Origin: Sphaerodactylus townsendi
Lineage: Eukaryota
DNA length: 64,000 nt
Assembly: GCF_021028975.2 (NCBI RefSeq)
Contig: NC_059440.1
Span: forward strand, 30,938,001-31,002,000
Direction: 5' to 3'
The notes beneath the pieces were generated by a model, which was not told where the DNA came from, did no database searches, and saw only the letters and a list, made by a program, of their open reading frames with translations. Numbering within the stretch: position 1 is the stretch's first letter; every line of letters starts with the position of its first letter. The position numbers and the translations under genes were made by a program. Below, piece after piece: positions 53,059 through 64,000 of this stretch.

Positions 53059-54817
53059 CCTTCAGCAAACAGGGCTCTCGGATTCAATCCCACCTCTAAC
53101 TACCGACATTGCGAGATGGGGATCAAAAAAAGACGATGCAGTCCATAAAAATACACTCTTGTAATGCTCATAAGAAGAACAGAACTGACCAATAAGTTCA
53201 CTCATCTGATATGACCAACAGCTGCCCTCTGTGACAATGTCAAAGCATCAGGCCTCCGGCACACCAAAGCTCAAACGCACGAGTTCTGAAGTGTCCTCAT
53301 AAGCTAGCTACCTTTTCTCTCCCCTCTGCCTTTTATTGTGGGTTGGAAAGCCTGAAATACGTAGGGCTGAAAAAACTAACCTCCCTTTTTCCAATCAGAC
53401 TGACAGAACACAGATGTGAGCAAACATCTGTCAACACCCTCCCACATGTTCCCAGCTTGCCAATCCTGTCACTCCCCAAAAGCCTTGCTTGACGGGATCA
53501 ACACTATGAGCACCACCAATCACCCATAAACTGGGCTATTTCGGAAGAGTGCAGCCTTGAAGCTTATTCACTTGCAAGATTGGTTTTGACGCTGCAGTCT
53601 TGACTTTGCATTAAAGTCCCAGCTTAAGCGTGGAGGGGGATCAAGAGGTAGAGCTTTTCCTGAACCTCATCTCTGTAACTGCAGGAAAATAGCAGTCATT
53701 TGCAATGCCTCTTCACAAAAACGCCCATGAAAAGAGAGGACAGCATGTCTGGGGAAGCCTAGCTTTCCCTAACATGCCAGCTTGCCAGAAAATCTTCAGA
53801 CATACCACTCTCCAACAGCAGCCTGAAATGGACCAGACCAGGAGGAGCTTGATCACTGGAGAATGCTGCATGTGTAAATTGTGCAACCAGTATCTTGGAC
53901 AAGGCTTTAAGATCTTTTTTTTTAACCACTGAAGTTTTTCAGCGCAAGACATCCTGACAGCCAACGCAGCCTTCCCTGACACCCAAGCCTAGCATCGGCC
54001 CCCTAAGATGCTCCTGGCCTGGAGAGTACTTTCTACAAAAATCAGGCTCAACCAATAGGGAAAGCAGGACATAAGAAATCCTCCTGAGTCAGACACACTC
54101 TGCACTCAGCTCTGTGGCTCCTGCTGAGCGTTCTGAAATGGGCATCATGGTTTATGTTCCTCCATGCCAAGAGGTTCTGATTTAGAAGTATTTCATTAAG
54201 ATCTTGTCACAGGGCCCAACAGCAGGGGGGGACGGGGACAGGGGTTGAATTAAAAGTTTTGGAAGCAGCACCATCTCAAACAGATCCAGGCATCTCACAA
54301 AGACACTTGCCGAGATGCCACCTGCAGCCCAATTTCAACCGAGTCCCTCTTTAGTCGCCTGCACCAGTTCAAAAAAGCCTCGCCATTAATTCCAAACATC
54401 CCAATGCTAATCTTTCCTAAGCTCAAAACATTCCCATTTACAGCAATGCTTGCCGAGTGGAAAACTGGCTCACGCGGAGAGGTAATTGGCTAATTGAGCC
54501 AAGCCCCTGCGATCTCAGGCCAAACAGCCACTCTTGTAGCTTGGCGGAGCCTCGGTGAAAGCTGACTCGAGAACCACCTGAAAACTTACAGCAAAGTGCA
54601 CCGTGCCCAATGCACTCAGCATCTTCCTGAAGGAACGCCAAGTTCATAAAGGCCGCCCTTTTGAACCCACAGAGCTGTCAGCAGCCGCCCCCTCCCCTGT
54701 CAAGATGTTCAATTAGGCTGGGGAGAAGGGAAGGCCCTTCCGTCGTCCAACGTCACAGCAATGGCTGACATTTGCTAGCCCTCTCCCTTGTAGACACCAG
54801 GAATCCAAACTGCAAAG

Positions 54818-54822
<5 letters not shown>

Positions 54823-54885
<63 letters not shown>

Positions 54886-54900
54886 ACACACACACACACA
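54823..54900. repeat. (CT)n followed by (CA)n microsatellite
   Basis: Direct inspection. Confidence 0.92.
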
Positions 54901-55304
54901 GTTTTAAGCTTCCCCACAACGTAATTACTCTTATCCTGGAATAAGCATTTGATTTAAGACATGTACAACACCGTTCCTCTGCCAAACATCCACAGGAGCA
55001 CAGAACGTGGATTAGCATGTTGGTCCTTTATTAAAAAATAATGCGCTACCTGCAAGCACTTCCAGGCAGACTATTGGTGATGTACACCTCGTTTAAAAGA
55101 GAACTTCACAAGAGAATGTGAAACAACGCAAACAAAAAAAGAGGGTGCAGCCAAATTCTAGGCCTGCAGAACAGAGAACACCCACTGACTTGACTTGGCA
55201 CTCTGTGGCCCGAGACACAAAACTAAAACTCACTTCTAGGTCCAGCCCACCTGGAAGACCTCCAGTACTGGTCCCAGTGAGCTTGCGCTGGAAGACCTCT
55301 AAGT

Positions 55305-55442
55305 CAGAGGTGTCCAACTCTGGCGCTTCAGATGTTCATGGACTACAATTTCCATCAGCCCCTGCTGGCATGGCCATGCCAGCAGGGGCTGATGGGAATT
55401 GTAGTCCATGAGCATCTGAAGCGCCAGAGTTGGACACCCCTG
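55305..55442. mobile_element. Palindromic hAT MITE
   Basis: CAGAGGTGTCCAACTC...GAGTTGGACACCCCTG; TSD (C/T)TCTAAGT. Confidence 0.9.
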
Positions 55443-55842
55443 TTCTAAGTGAACCAGATTTTGCTGTCCACCCAAAAGCAGGTGCCTCCGGCTAGAGGGA
55501 GGGAGAGGAGTCCGTTTCCAGTTCTGCCAAGACTGTATGCAGCATTCGCTCTTCTGCAGAGGAGTGAAAACTTGGGTGTGGCGGAGTACTAGATCAAATC
55601 GGCTTTTGACATCTAAAGGATTTTTGTGGTGGACAGTTGCACGCTTTCATGTGTTGGAAGTTTAAGTGGAACCTAATTTTTCTTGTTAAAAAAATGCAAC
55701 GGCTCTGCCTCCAAGACCAGTTTTCATGGGATGTCACCGCGGAAGGGTGACTCAGACACTATCAGTTTTCTACGGCTAAGCAAACAAGACTTGTTTTAAT
55801 GTTCACCTTGGGGCAGGGAGGGAGGGGATATTCAGATCAATT

Positions 55843-55949
55843 AGAGGTTTTTAAAGAGAGGCTGGATGAACATATGTTGGGAGTGCTTTGATTGTGTGTT
55901 CCTGCATGGCAGGGGGTTGGACTGGATGGCCCTTGGGGTCTCTTCCAAC
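55843..55949 (+). mobile_element. CR1 LINE 3' tail fragment
   Basis: GAGGTTTTTAAAGAGAGGCTGGATG...GGGGGTTGGACTGGATGGCCCTTGGGGTCTCTTCCAAC. Confidence 0.85.
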
Positions 55950-58552
55950 ACTGCCTGTTAGCTAAAGTTCTACCAAGACAAGAAGAATGGAGAGTTCCTC
56001 CCACATACCCAGAAGATAAGCTGGCCGGGCCACACCATTACATCTTATATGTTATGATAGACAGTGCAAAGGAGGATCATATTATCATAGTTAGAATACC
56101 AAAGCACGTGGCACTTTGCAATCAATACATGTTCGTGCCCCAAAGACTTCAGCTGGAAAGGACAGCGAGAGCGGAGGCATTCTGACCTGGGAAAGGGGGG
56201 TGATACATCAGCCTTCCTCATTTACAGTCTCTGGCACAGGATGGACCACAGTCTGGTAGATGGACACGTCTATACAGTGAGGGTAAAAACCTGTCCTACA
56301 AGGAGGGACACCCCCCTCCCCTCAAATTAGTGGCAGCCTTTCCATTAGAGGGGAGGAGGTAAAGGGACGCCACCATGCTAGGGTGGGGCCAAGTTGTTTG
56401 CAGCTGAGCTAGCACTGACCTATGCAGACAGATCCTAGGCTCTGCTCTTGGTCACACTTGAGTTTGAGGATGGGATGCTGGAACCAGCTCACGCGCAAAG
56501 GCCACAGGGGAGGGGGGGATGCCACGGCCACTGGGGCCCAGGCTCCACCGACACAGGTCTTCCTTGTGGTTTAGCCCATTTTCCTAAAAGCAGCCCCCTC
56601 CCAACTCACCCCCTCCCACCTCCACGCCACAATTTCTAAAATTCTCACATGCCTCGACAGGCTCTGAGCTGCCCATTTACGAACAATTAGTCATGAGTTT
56701 CTGAGCGGAGCGCTTCATGCCTAGGTGAATTACCAGCGCCCACAACCGCTTCTTTCAGGCCAGGCTTCGGGGAGGCCGGTGACTGACAAGGGCTCTAATG
56801 AACTCTAATTACCAGCTCGGCAGCCTGAAGCAGCAACAACAGATGTGGGCGAGAGGCCGAGCCACACCACACTGCTAATGAACTGAGGAAGTGTTTGGGG
56901 CAGATGAAAGGCGGTGACCCAGAAAGGGCCTCCACCGGCCTCCCCACCAGGCCCTTTCGTGTCACGTTCAAGTTGGGGCACTCTTCCCTGCTGCTGTCAG
57001 CAGAATTGAATACAGCAAGCTCAACTCCTCACTCGACAGCGGGGAGGGCGGGGGTGGGCAGGGGGGATGTAGCACTAAGCAGCTTAAACAAAGTCTATAT
57101 CCTTCTGCTCCACCAGTTCAGTACGACCTCCAGGGTCTGAGGAAGGCTCCACTGGGAAAAGAGGGGCAGCAATCAAACTGCCAGTCTTTCTGGGTGCCCT
57201 GCACAGAACAGAGCACACCAGGTGCCCTTGGCACTGCCTGCCCCGTAGCAGGTGCCCAGCCTGGCCGGAGGCCCAGGACTCCTCTCAAAGAGGACCTGGG
57301 GCACAAGGCACGCCCACAAGTCGTAAACTTAGCAGGAAGGTTTCTTACAGAACAGCAGCACCGGATTTTATTATATGTATTGATATGCTGGAAGCCGCCC
57401 TGAGACCATGAGGGGAAGGGGGGCAGAGAAATGAAAAAATAAAAATAAATTAATGATAATAACAAGCCGATGGTGACTCCCATCTCCCCACGGTCTGCCA
57501 CCCTTCCTTTGTCAAACTGAGCAGCCTAACAGGGGCAGCTCTGGAGACCCCTCCCCTCCAGGCCTTAATGCTGATTGTAGCCCAAGTAGTGCACCAGACA
57601 TGGCCCCTCGCATGCAACACAACACTGGCACATGGCCTGACCCCTGGATGGGCCAATGCCAGTAGGGACTGGGTCCGATAAACCAGGCCTTTTCTTCGGC
57701 TCCAGAAGCCACCCCCAAAAATTCAGCAGCCAGAGTTCTTTCTCAGCTTCAGGGCTTTCTATTTTAACGGCCATGCTCTCTCATTATGGCTATCACAAAA
57801 CCCAACCCTTCAGTCTGTCGTCTTTTTTTAAAGCTACAACAAAAACACTGTAGTGTATAAATAAATGCAAGGTAACTGTAATTGTCATCACGACAACAAA
57901 CAAACAAAACCCCTCGGTCCCTCACCTCATAAGCTTTGTTCTTCTACTGAGAATCAGCCAGAGGAGGGCTTACCTGGGATCCTTAGAATAAATGACTGAC
58001 AAAAATTGCCAGATGAAATTTCTGGGCAATCCGAGTCAAACCCTGGTCAAGAACCCTGGCGGCCAGGAAAGAGGTCACCTCAGACATCATGAGCGGCGGT
58101 CAGCTGTAGACGTCCACTTTCCATCTAAGCACATGGGAGGCGGTGAGTGTACGAGGCTCATACCTGAGTGGGATCAGACCTACTGAGAGGTTCAGGCACT
58201 GCTGTACACCATACTGAAACTTCTTAAACCACAGTTTAGCAAACTGTCAAACCATAGTTTGTAACTCGCAGAGGCTTCTAATCTGCAAACCACAATTTGG
58301 TTCGGCACAATATCTGGAAAGCCTAGCTGCACTTCTGGAGCTCACTGTGCCTAACGAAGGGAGTGCTGAGCACAAGGAGAACAACGAAAGCAAACAGACA
58401 GCTGTGAACCACGACTTCCCTGTGTTGCACACCAGGAAGTCAAACAGCGATTTGAAGCAAACTCGGCACCCGCTTCAAGTTTGATCACAACATTTTAACT
58501 CAACCGGAGAACGCCCCAACCTTCTTGCTAGCTCGAGAGGCGTTGCACTCAC

Positions 58553-58642
58553 CAAATCGATCAGATCGCTGAGGTTCTTCTCAATCTGCTGGGGAGGCAG
58601 ACGCCTCATCAAATCCAAGGCACAATCCAGCTGCTGGTCACT
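58553..58642 (-). CDS. CAPZB: CAPZB exon 2 (F-actin capping protein beta; exon 1 outside window)
   Basis: [30 protein letters not shown]; 90 nt, AG/GTGAGT. Confidence 0.97.
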
Positions 58643-58754
58643 CTGGGGAAAGGAAACACAGTCTGAGTCACTCTCAGGGAACAAGGAACAGCACACAAAG
58701 ATGGAAACCTGCCTCGTTCAGAATCAGACCATTGCTCTAATTAAGCCCAGAACT

Positions 58755-59037
58755 GTATTGTCGAAGGCTTTCACGGCCGGATTCAATTAGTTCTGGTGGG
58801 TTTTCCAGGCTATGTGGCCGTGGTCTAGTGGATCTAGTTCCTAACGTTTTGCCTGCATTTGTGGCTGGTATCTTCAGAGGTGTATCACAGAGGGAAGTCT
58901 GTGTGTAACAGTCACAGTGTGTAACAGACTGCCCTCTGTGATACACCTCTGAAGATACCAGCCACAAATGCAGGCAAAGCGTTAGGAGCCAGATCCACCA
59001 GACCACGGCCACACAGCCCAGAAAACCCACCAGAACC
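58755..59037 (-). mobile_element. Penelope-like fold-back element with hammerhead-like motif in both arms
   Basis: About 115-bp inverted arms; GTATTGTCGAAGGCTTTCACGG end; flanking repeat AAGCCCAGAA(C/T)TGT. Confidence 0.78.
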
Positions 59038-59589
59038 AAGCCCAGAATTGTTTGCTCTGCCTCAGGGATCTCTGGCAGAGGGTCTCTTCCCAACCCCAGC
59101 GACCCATCAGCAACAGTGGGTATTCCTGCACAATAAACATAAGCATTGCCATTGACATATATCAACCAATCCCAGTATTGTGTGCACATCCCAAGAACAA
59201 AGTCTGTTATTACTAGGAGAAAAACACATTGCAGGACATTTTTGGTGGCTTCTCTCCTGTAAGGAAATCCATTCGCCAGACAAGCATAAGGATGTGTTTT
59301 TGTTGGTTTTTCAATAACTATGCAATTTCCATCCAAAAACCCACCCAAAGTACTCCAAGCCCACTATCGGCTAGCCCAAATAGTGTCACCTCTGAAAAAT
59401 GCCCCTTGCTTTCTAGAAACCCAGTGACCCCACTCCTGTTACGATGGCTGGCCAGAGAGGCAGAGTGTTGCGCGCACCGTCTCCAACAGGACAGCATAAC
59501 AGAAGTTCCTCCAGGATTCCTTCTGAACTGGCTATGACCACTAGTTCATAGGCAGAGGTGGATGAGAACAGTCTTTCACGACTCCCTCA

Positions 59590-60689
59590 AAACCAGAGTT
59601 TCTTCCAGGTTAAGCAGCAGGCAAGTACATTTTTAGAAACTGGAAAGCAGTGATTTGATTTTCAGACTCTCAGTATACCTCAAGCTATCATTACAGATGG
59701 GAGAGCTTATTAGGAGAAACAGGGATGCCATATTTGTCACTAGAGGCGGGAAGAACACAAAGGACTTGAGTGGAGAGACAGGACTGTGCACTGCAAAAAG
59801 AAGTTCTGGAATCTGTCACCTGTCCATGGCCCCTTCCCACTCCACGGGGAAGAGCACCAAGACCCTGAAGGGCTGGCTGTTCTGATTCTTTTTGCACACC
59901 GTTCTCAACACCGTTGCAAACAGGAGCCAAGAACATGCAGGGCACCATCCATCACCGGCCAATGGTGTCAACGCTTCCTGCTTTTGCCTGAAATGCTAGC
60001 CCTGGACAGAATCTCCGGTATGAATTCTTCAGAGGTCAGACCACTGACACCGCGCCACCCTTGCCTCTCGCAGGCAGACAATGGAAGACTCAGAGACTGG
60101 GCCAGCAAAGAGGGGGCCTGCTGGGGGCTCCCCAGCTCAAGGAAAAAAATGCACCTCACCAAGCACGCGACAGGAAGAGTGGCCCAGTTGCCTAGAAGAG
60201 GTTATTTGCTACTTACCCATATTCGTGCAAGCCTGGGTTCATTGAGGCAATACCAAGCGCACTTACTTGCCACAGGCATAGAAATCTTTGAGTCTGGCAA
60301 GGGTGCAACCTCAGGGAGAGCTGGGGCCCCTTTTCCCAATTCCAGAGAAATGTTGGCTTTCGGGTGACTGAGGTTCAGCACAACAAGGACAGAACACCTC
60401 CAAGGGCATTTGCTCTGCTAAGCCTTGTAAATCAGTCAAGGTTCAAGGTTTTACCCTCACTGGGGAAGACAGGGGAGGGCAAAGATGAATCAAGGCAACC
60501 AAAAGTTCTAGATGACTACAAAGACACAGACCACTAGGCATTAAATCAGGGTTTTTTTGCACAGGATCTACTAACCGAAGACAAACCAGAGCTTCTTCCA
60601 GGTTAAGCAGCAGGCAAGTACATTTTTAGAAACTGGAAAGCAGTGATTTGATTTTCAGACTCTCAGTATACCTCAAGCCATCATTACAG
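59590..60689. repeat. 107-bp direct repeat (59590-59696 and 60583-60689)
   Basis: Copies 993 bp apart, 2 mismatches by eye. Confidence 0.9.
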
Positions 60690-62832
60690 TTGGGAAAGGA
60701 GTACGCCACCTGTATTATATGGTTCTGGTTTTATTGATTATATATTGAACTGATTTTATACCGTCTTTTAACGTATGTTTTAAGGTTGTTGTTCACCGCC
60801 CTGAGCCCCTAGGGGGAGAGCGGTTAATAAGTCCAATAAAATAAATAAAATATATATTTTTAAAATTATCCACGAGGTTTGTGGGCGAGGGGCTTTTCCA
60901 GGCGGGGCTGCAACCACTCAAGGACTTCCAGCACCATGTTTGGAAGTGCTGAGGAAGGGGAAAGCATCATGAAATTAAGACAGAGTTGAACATAGTAACT
61001 GTGTACAAGCACACATGTGCCCCAGAACACGGAATGCTACTAGCAGGAACTCTTTCCTGTGCAAAAGTTAAGTTTTTGTGTGTTTTTTTTAAACAAGAGG
61101 CAGGAATCCATTTCACTCTCTCCTCTTTGTTTCTCCACCGGGGGGGGGGGGGTGTGTGTGCTGCTGTTTAGATTGGCCGAGGAACACGCAACTCTAGCTG
61201 CTAACCTCAGAAAGGGGATCCTTCTGACCGCATATTGTCATTGCTTCCCACTGCTTCTTACACATCTTTGTAACAAACCCACAATGGCAAGGTCAGGTTC
61301 TTGACTCTGGGATCGTGGGAACACTTGAGAAGATGCTCCCCTACAATGATGCCAGCTGGAATGGTTTAGGAGGGGGAAGGGAAGGGGGAAGGAGAGACAT
61401 TGAGCCTCACCGATGATTTCCTCCAAGCATTTTCCTATGACTCAGATGTTGGACAGAGAGACCGAAATGTTACACACATCCTCCCAGACTGATGGTTCAC
61501 TGCTACCAAGCTCAATCATAAGCATGCTAGCCTCGAGTCCATCTGAAGCTACAGTGCATTTCTGTGTGAGCTACCTGCAATCTTCCTAAGGGTCTAAAAA
61601 ATTCCCAGTTTTCGAGGTCCTAGTCCTTAGAATCTCTCCATTCTCACACACAGAGAATTTGTTTTTCAGTTCATGATTTGTTGCTAAAGTCTTTTGTTTC
61701 AGACAGCCAATGTGGAACAGGAAAAGAAAGTCAAGCTTGGACATCAAAAACGTAAATGGCTGGCTCTTCCGACTGTTTTTGTGCACACCTGTTAGATTCA
61801 AGTCCAGTCCTATTTCAGAGGCCAGCAATAGTATGAGTTTTTCAGAGTCAGAGCTCTCTTTATCAGATACAAATCTACCTGCACCTGACAAAGGGGGATT
61901 TAACTCTAAAAAGCTCATACCCTCAAAATCTTGTGGGTCTTTAAGGTGAAGCTGGATTCAAATCTAGTTCTTCTACTGAAGATCAACATAGCTGCCCTCT
62001 GAAACTGTGTATACTAGTAACGCAAAAAAAAAAGGTGACAGTCTACACACTCTTCATTTATAGAACCTCTGCCTGATTACCTGAAAGAGATTCTCGCTCG
62101 CTAAAAGTAATAAGACAAATTATTATTTACACTCTAGGGATTGCAGTGGCGTAGCTACCACAGGCCGGGGCAGGGAGCTCTCTGCTCTGAAAGCAGGGAA
62201 GGAAAGGCCTCCACAATTTTAAAAAAGGCAACTGTCTGACCTTGTACGGGGCCTGCTGGCCAAGCCAATACCTTCCCGGCTTCAGGGGTTTAGTCTGTAC
62301 AGCAGATTTCTACCAGTTCAGGAGGGGATTCTTGTGGAGGACTGGAGAAGGCAGATGGAAGCTCTAAATGAACTGTTCATTACAACTCCGGCTTCTGATG
62401 ATCTCCTAATCCTGGACTGGCTAGATGTTACTGTGAGGCTTTGCCAAGGTAAAGCTCCTTTATTAGGTCTCTTGCAATGATGCTTTGCTTTGCTTTGCTT
62501 TCCACGAGTTCTCTTCCTTGGCATGCATCTGATTACACTAGAGCAGATCACAGCATGTGTTTGTGTGCGCTCACACTACAAGTCTATTCTATGCATCTCC
62601 CCCTCCACCCCTTGTGCATCTGATAAGACGATAATTCACAGGTTACTGGTTTCAAATTCAGCCACACATACAAAGAAAACAAGGGAGAGAAGACATTAGC
62701 AGCTACACAACCACTCCCAGAGGCAATACAGAAGACGAAACAGAAACTTTACTGTAAGATCGAGTTATTTTGGCAAAGGAATGCAAAGGTTTTCAAGTGT
62801 CCCCAGATCCTTCTGATGAAGGATCCTTCTGA

Positions 62833-63164
62833 TGCCTGGGACAGATCCTCCTGTTGGTCTGCCTGCCTGCCAGCCGAGCGGAAGTCCACCGGGTGAGCTG
62901 CCGCCTGCTGCCACTGGGAAGGAGTGAGAGTCCTTCCCCACCCACCCCATTGGAAACACCTGCAGGGGGTGGGGCCTGGCAGCTACAACAGGAGTTCCAC
63001 CAGCAGCCCAAGGCAGCCAGCCTTTCAGCCCTGCCTGGGACAGATCCTCCTGTTGGTCTGCCTGCCTGCCAGCCGAGCGGAAGTCCACCGGGTGAGCTGC
63101 CGCCTGCTGCCACTGGGAAGGAGTGAGAGTCCTTCCCCACCCACCCCATTGGAAACACCTGCAG
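62833..63164. repeat. 133-bp direct repeat (62833-62965 and 63032-63164)
   Basis: Copies appear identical, period 199 bp. Confidence 0.92.
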
Positions 63165-63508
63165 TGTGGGTGTGAGCCCCTCGCCCTTCACTCCGGCTGT
63201 AGCACTTCTACCATCTCCTACACCCACCACCACTTCTACAAGGTCTACTGGACATTTAGGTGAATTAGTTACCCAGCCCCACATAAGCTATCATCTAAGC
63301 CGCTTTAACCTCAACTTTCCCAACCCTATGTTACCACACTTCCCTCCCAAGGTAAGAGGATATTATTGTTGCCAATAGGAATGTTTTGTAGTTATTACCT
63401 GTTGTATTATTAGGCGAAATTAGGTAGGTAGTTAGTTGATCAGCCTGGTTTTATACCAGGGTTGGTTAGGCTTCAAAGGAACTAGTTAGGTTTTTAGATA
63501 AAGGGAAG

Positions 63509-64000
63509 TTGCATAATTATGGGGGCACCAACTTTGGGGCTAATGAGGATCCCCGTTTTACGATGGGGCCGGGGCAGATACTGCGTGTGGCTGGCCATAT
63601 GATAGAATATGTCACGAGAGATACAGTTATGCTGCATGCAACTATTATCCTCAGACCTATCCAGAAAGCGATGGTGGTTGGGATCAGGGATACTCTGCTT
63701 AGGTCATTGGTGCTAATCAATGCCAGGTCCATCAACAACAAGACCATGGTACCGAGGATTTTCACCGGTGCCCAGCAGGTGGACTACTGGCAGGTGTCCT
63801 GCGAAAACCTGGAGTGCTTGTGAAGGTGGGGACGTGGATAAGCCTTGGTAGTCGGCGCCCGAGGGTTTCAGCGTGCCTTCACCCGATCCGTCGAACACTG
63901 GGGCCAGGGTGCCGGGGTGGCATTGTTCATCCGTGGAGTCTATCCTTTAGGGCAGTCCCTGTCCTGGAGATCGCACTGGCATGTGGGGTGTTATTAGGCC
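63509..64000 (+). mobile_element. Degenerate L2/CR1-clade LINE, start of ORF2 (APE endonuclease), running off the window end
   Basis: LVLINARSINNKT matches the N-terminal NxRS..NK motif of LINE endonucleases; a GGVA-like motif follows near 63915; frame disrupted. Confidence 0.65.

Noticed and set aside
62806-62835. CTGATGA as a possible hammerhead core or C/D box
   Set aside because: No downstream stem II plus GAAA, and no terminal stem; explained by a short tandem duplication

Overview
Vertebrate genomic DNA, not prokaryotic. The repeat content points to a squamate reptile, probably a gecko (inference). The window holds the gene block syntenic to human 1p36.13: EMC1 (minus strand, 5' part, runs off the window start), MRTO4 (plus, complete, 8 coding exons, 243 aa), one AKR7A aflatoxin/succinic-semialdehyde reductase gene (minus, complete), SLC66A1/PQLC2 (plus, complete, 306 aa) and CAPZB (minus, exons 2-10 including both beta1 and beta2 C-terminal exons; exon 1 lies beyond the window end). 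Exons were placed by hand from translation and splice sites; most ORF-track entries are spurious. The main unusual feature is that the single AKR7A gene body has two tandem, intact, diverged copies of its first coding exon, which carries the catalytic Asp and Tyr. Other points: a 9-nt EMC1 microexon, a probable EMC1 5'UTR intron, a U12 intron, a probable GC-AG intron and a strong-context uORF in SLC66A1, palindromic hAT MITEs carrying ZNF143/THAP11-like motifs, and Penelope-like fold-back repeats with decayed hammerhead ribozymes. There is one assembly gap (39929-40086). Comparisons with human proteins and exon sizes are from memory, not from a database search.
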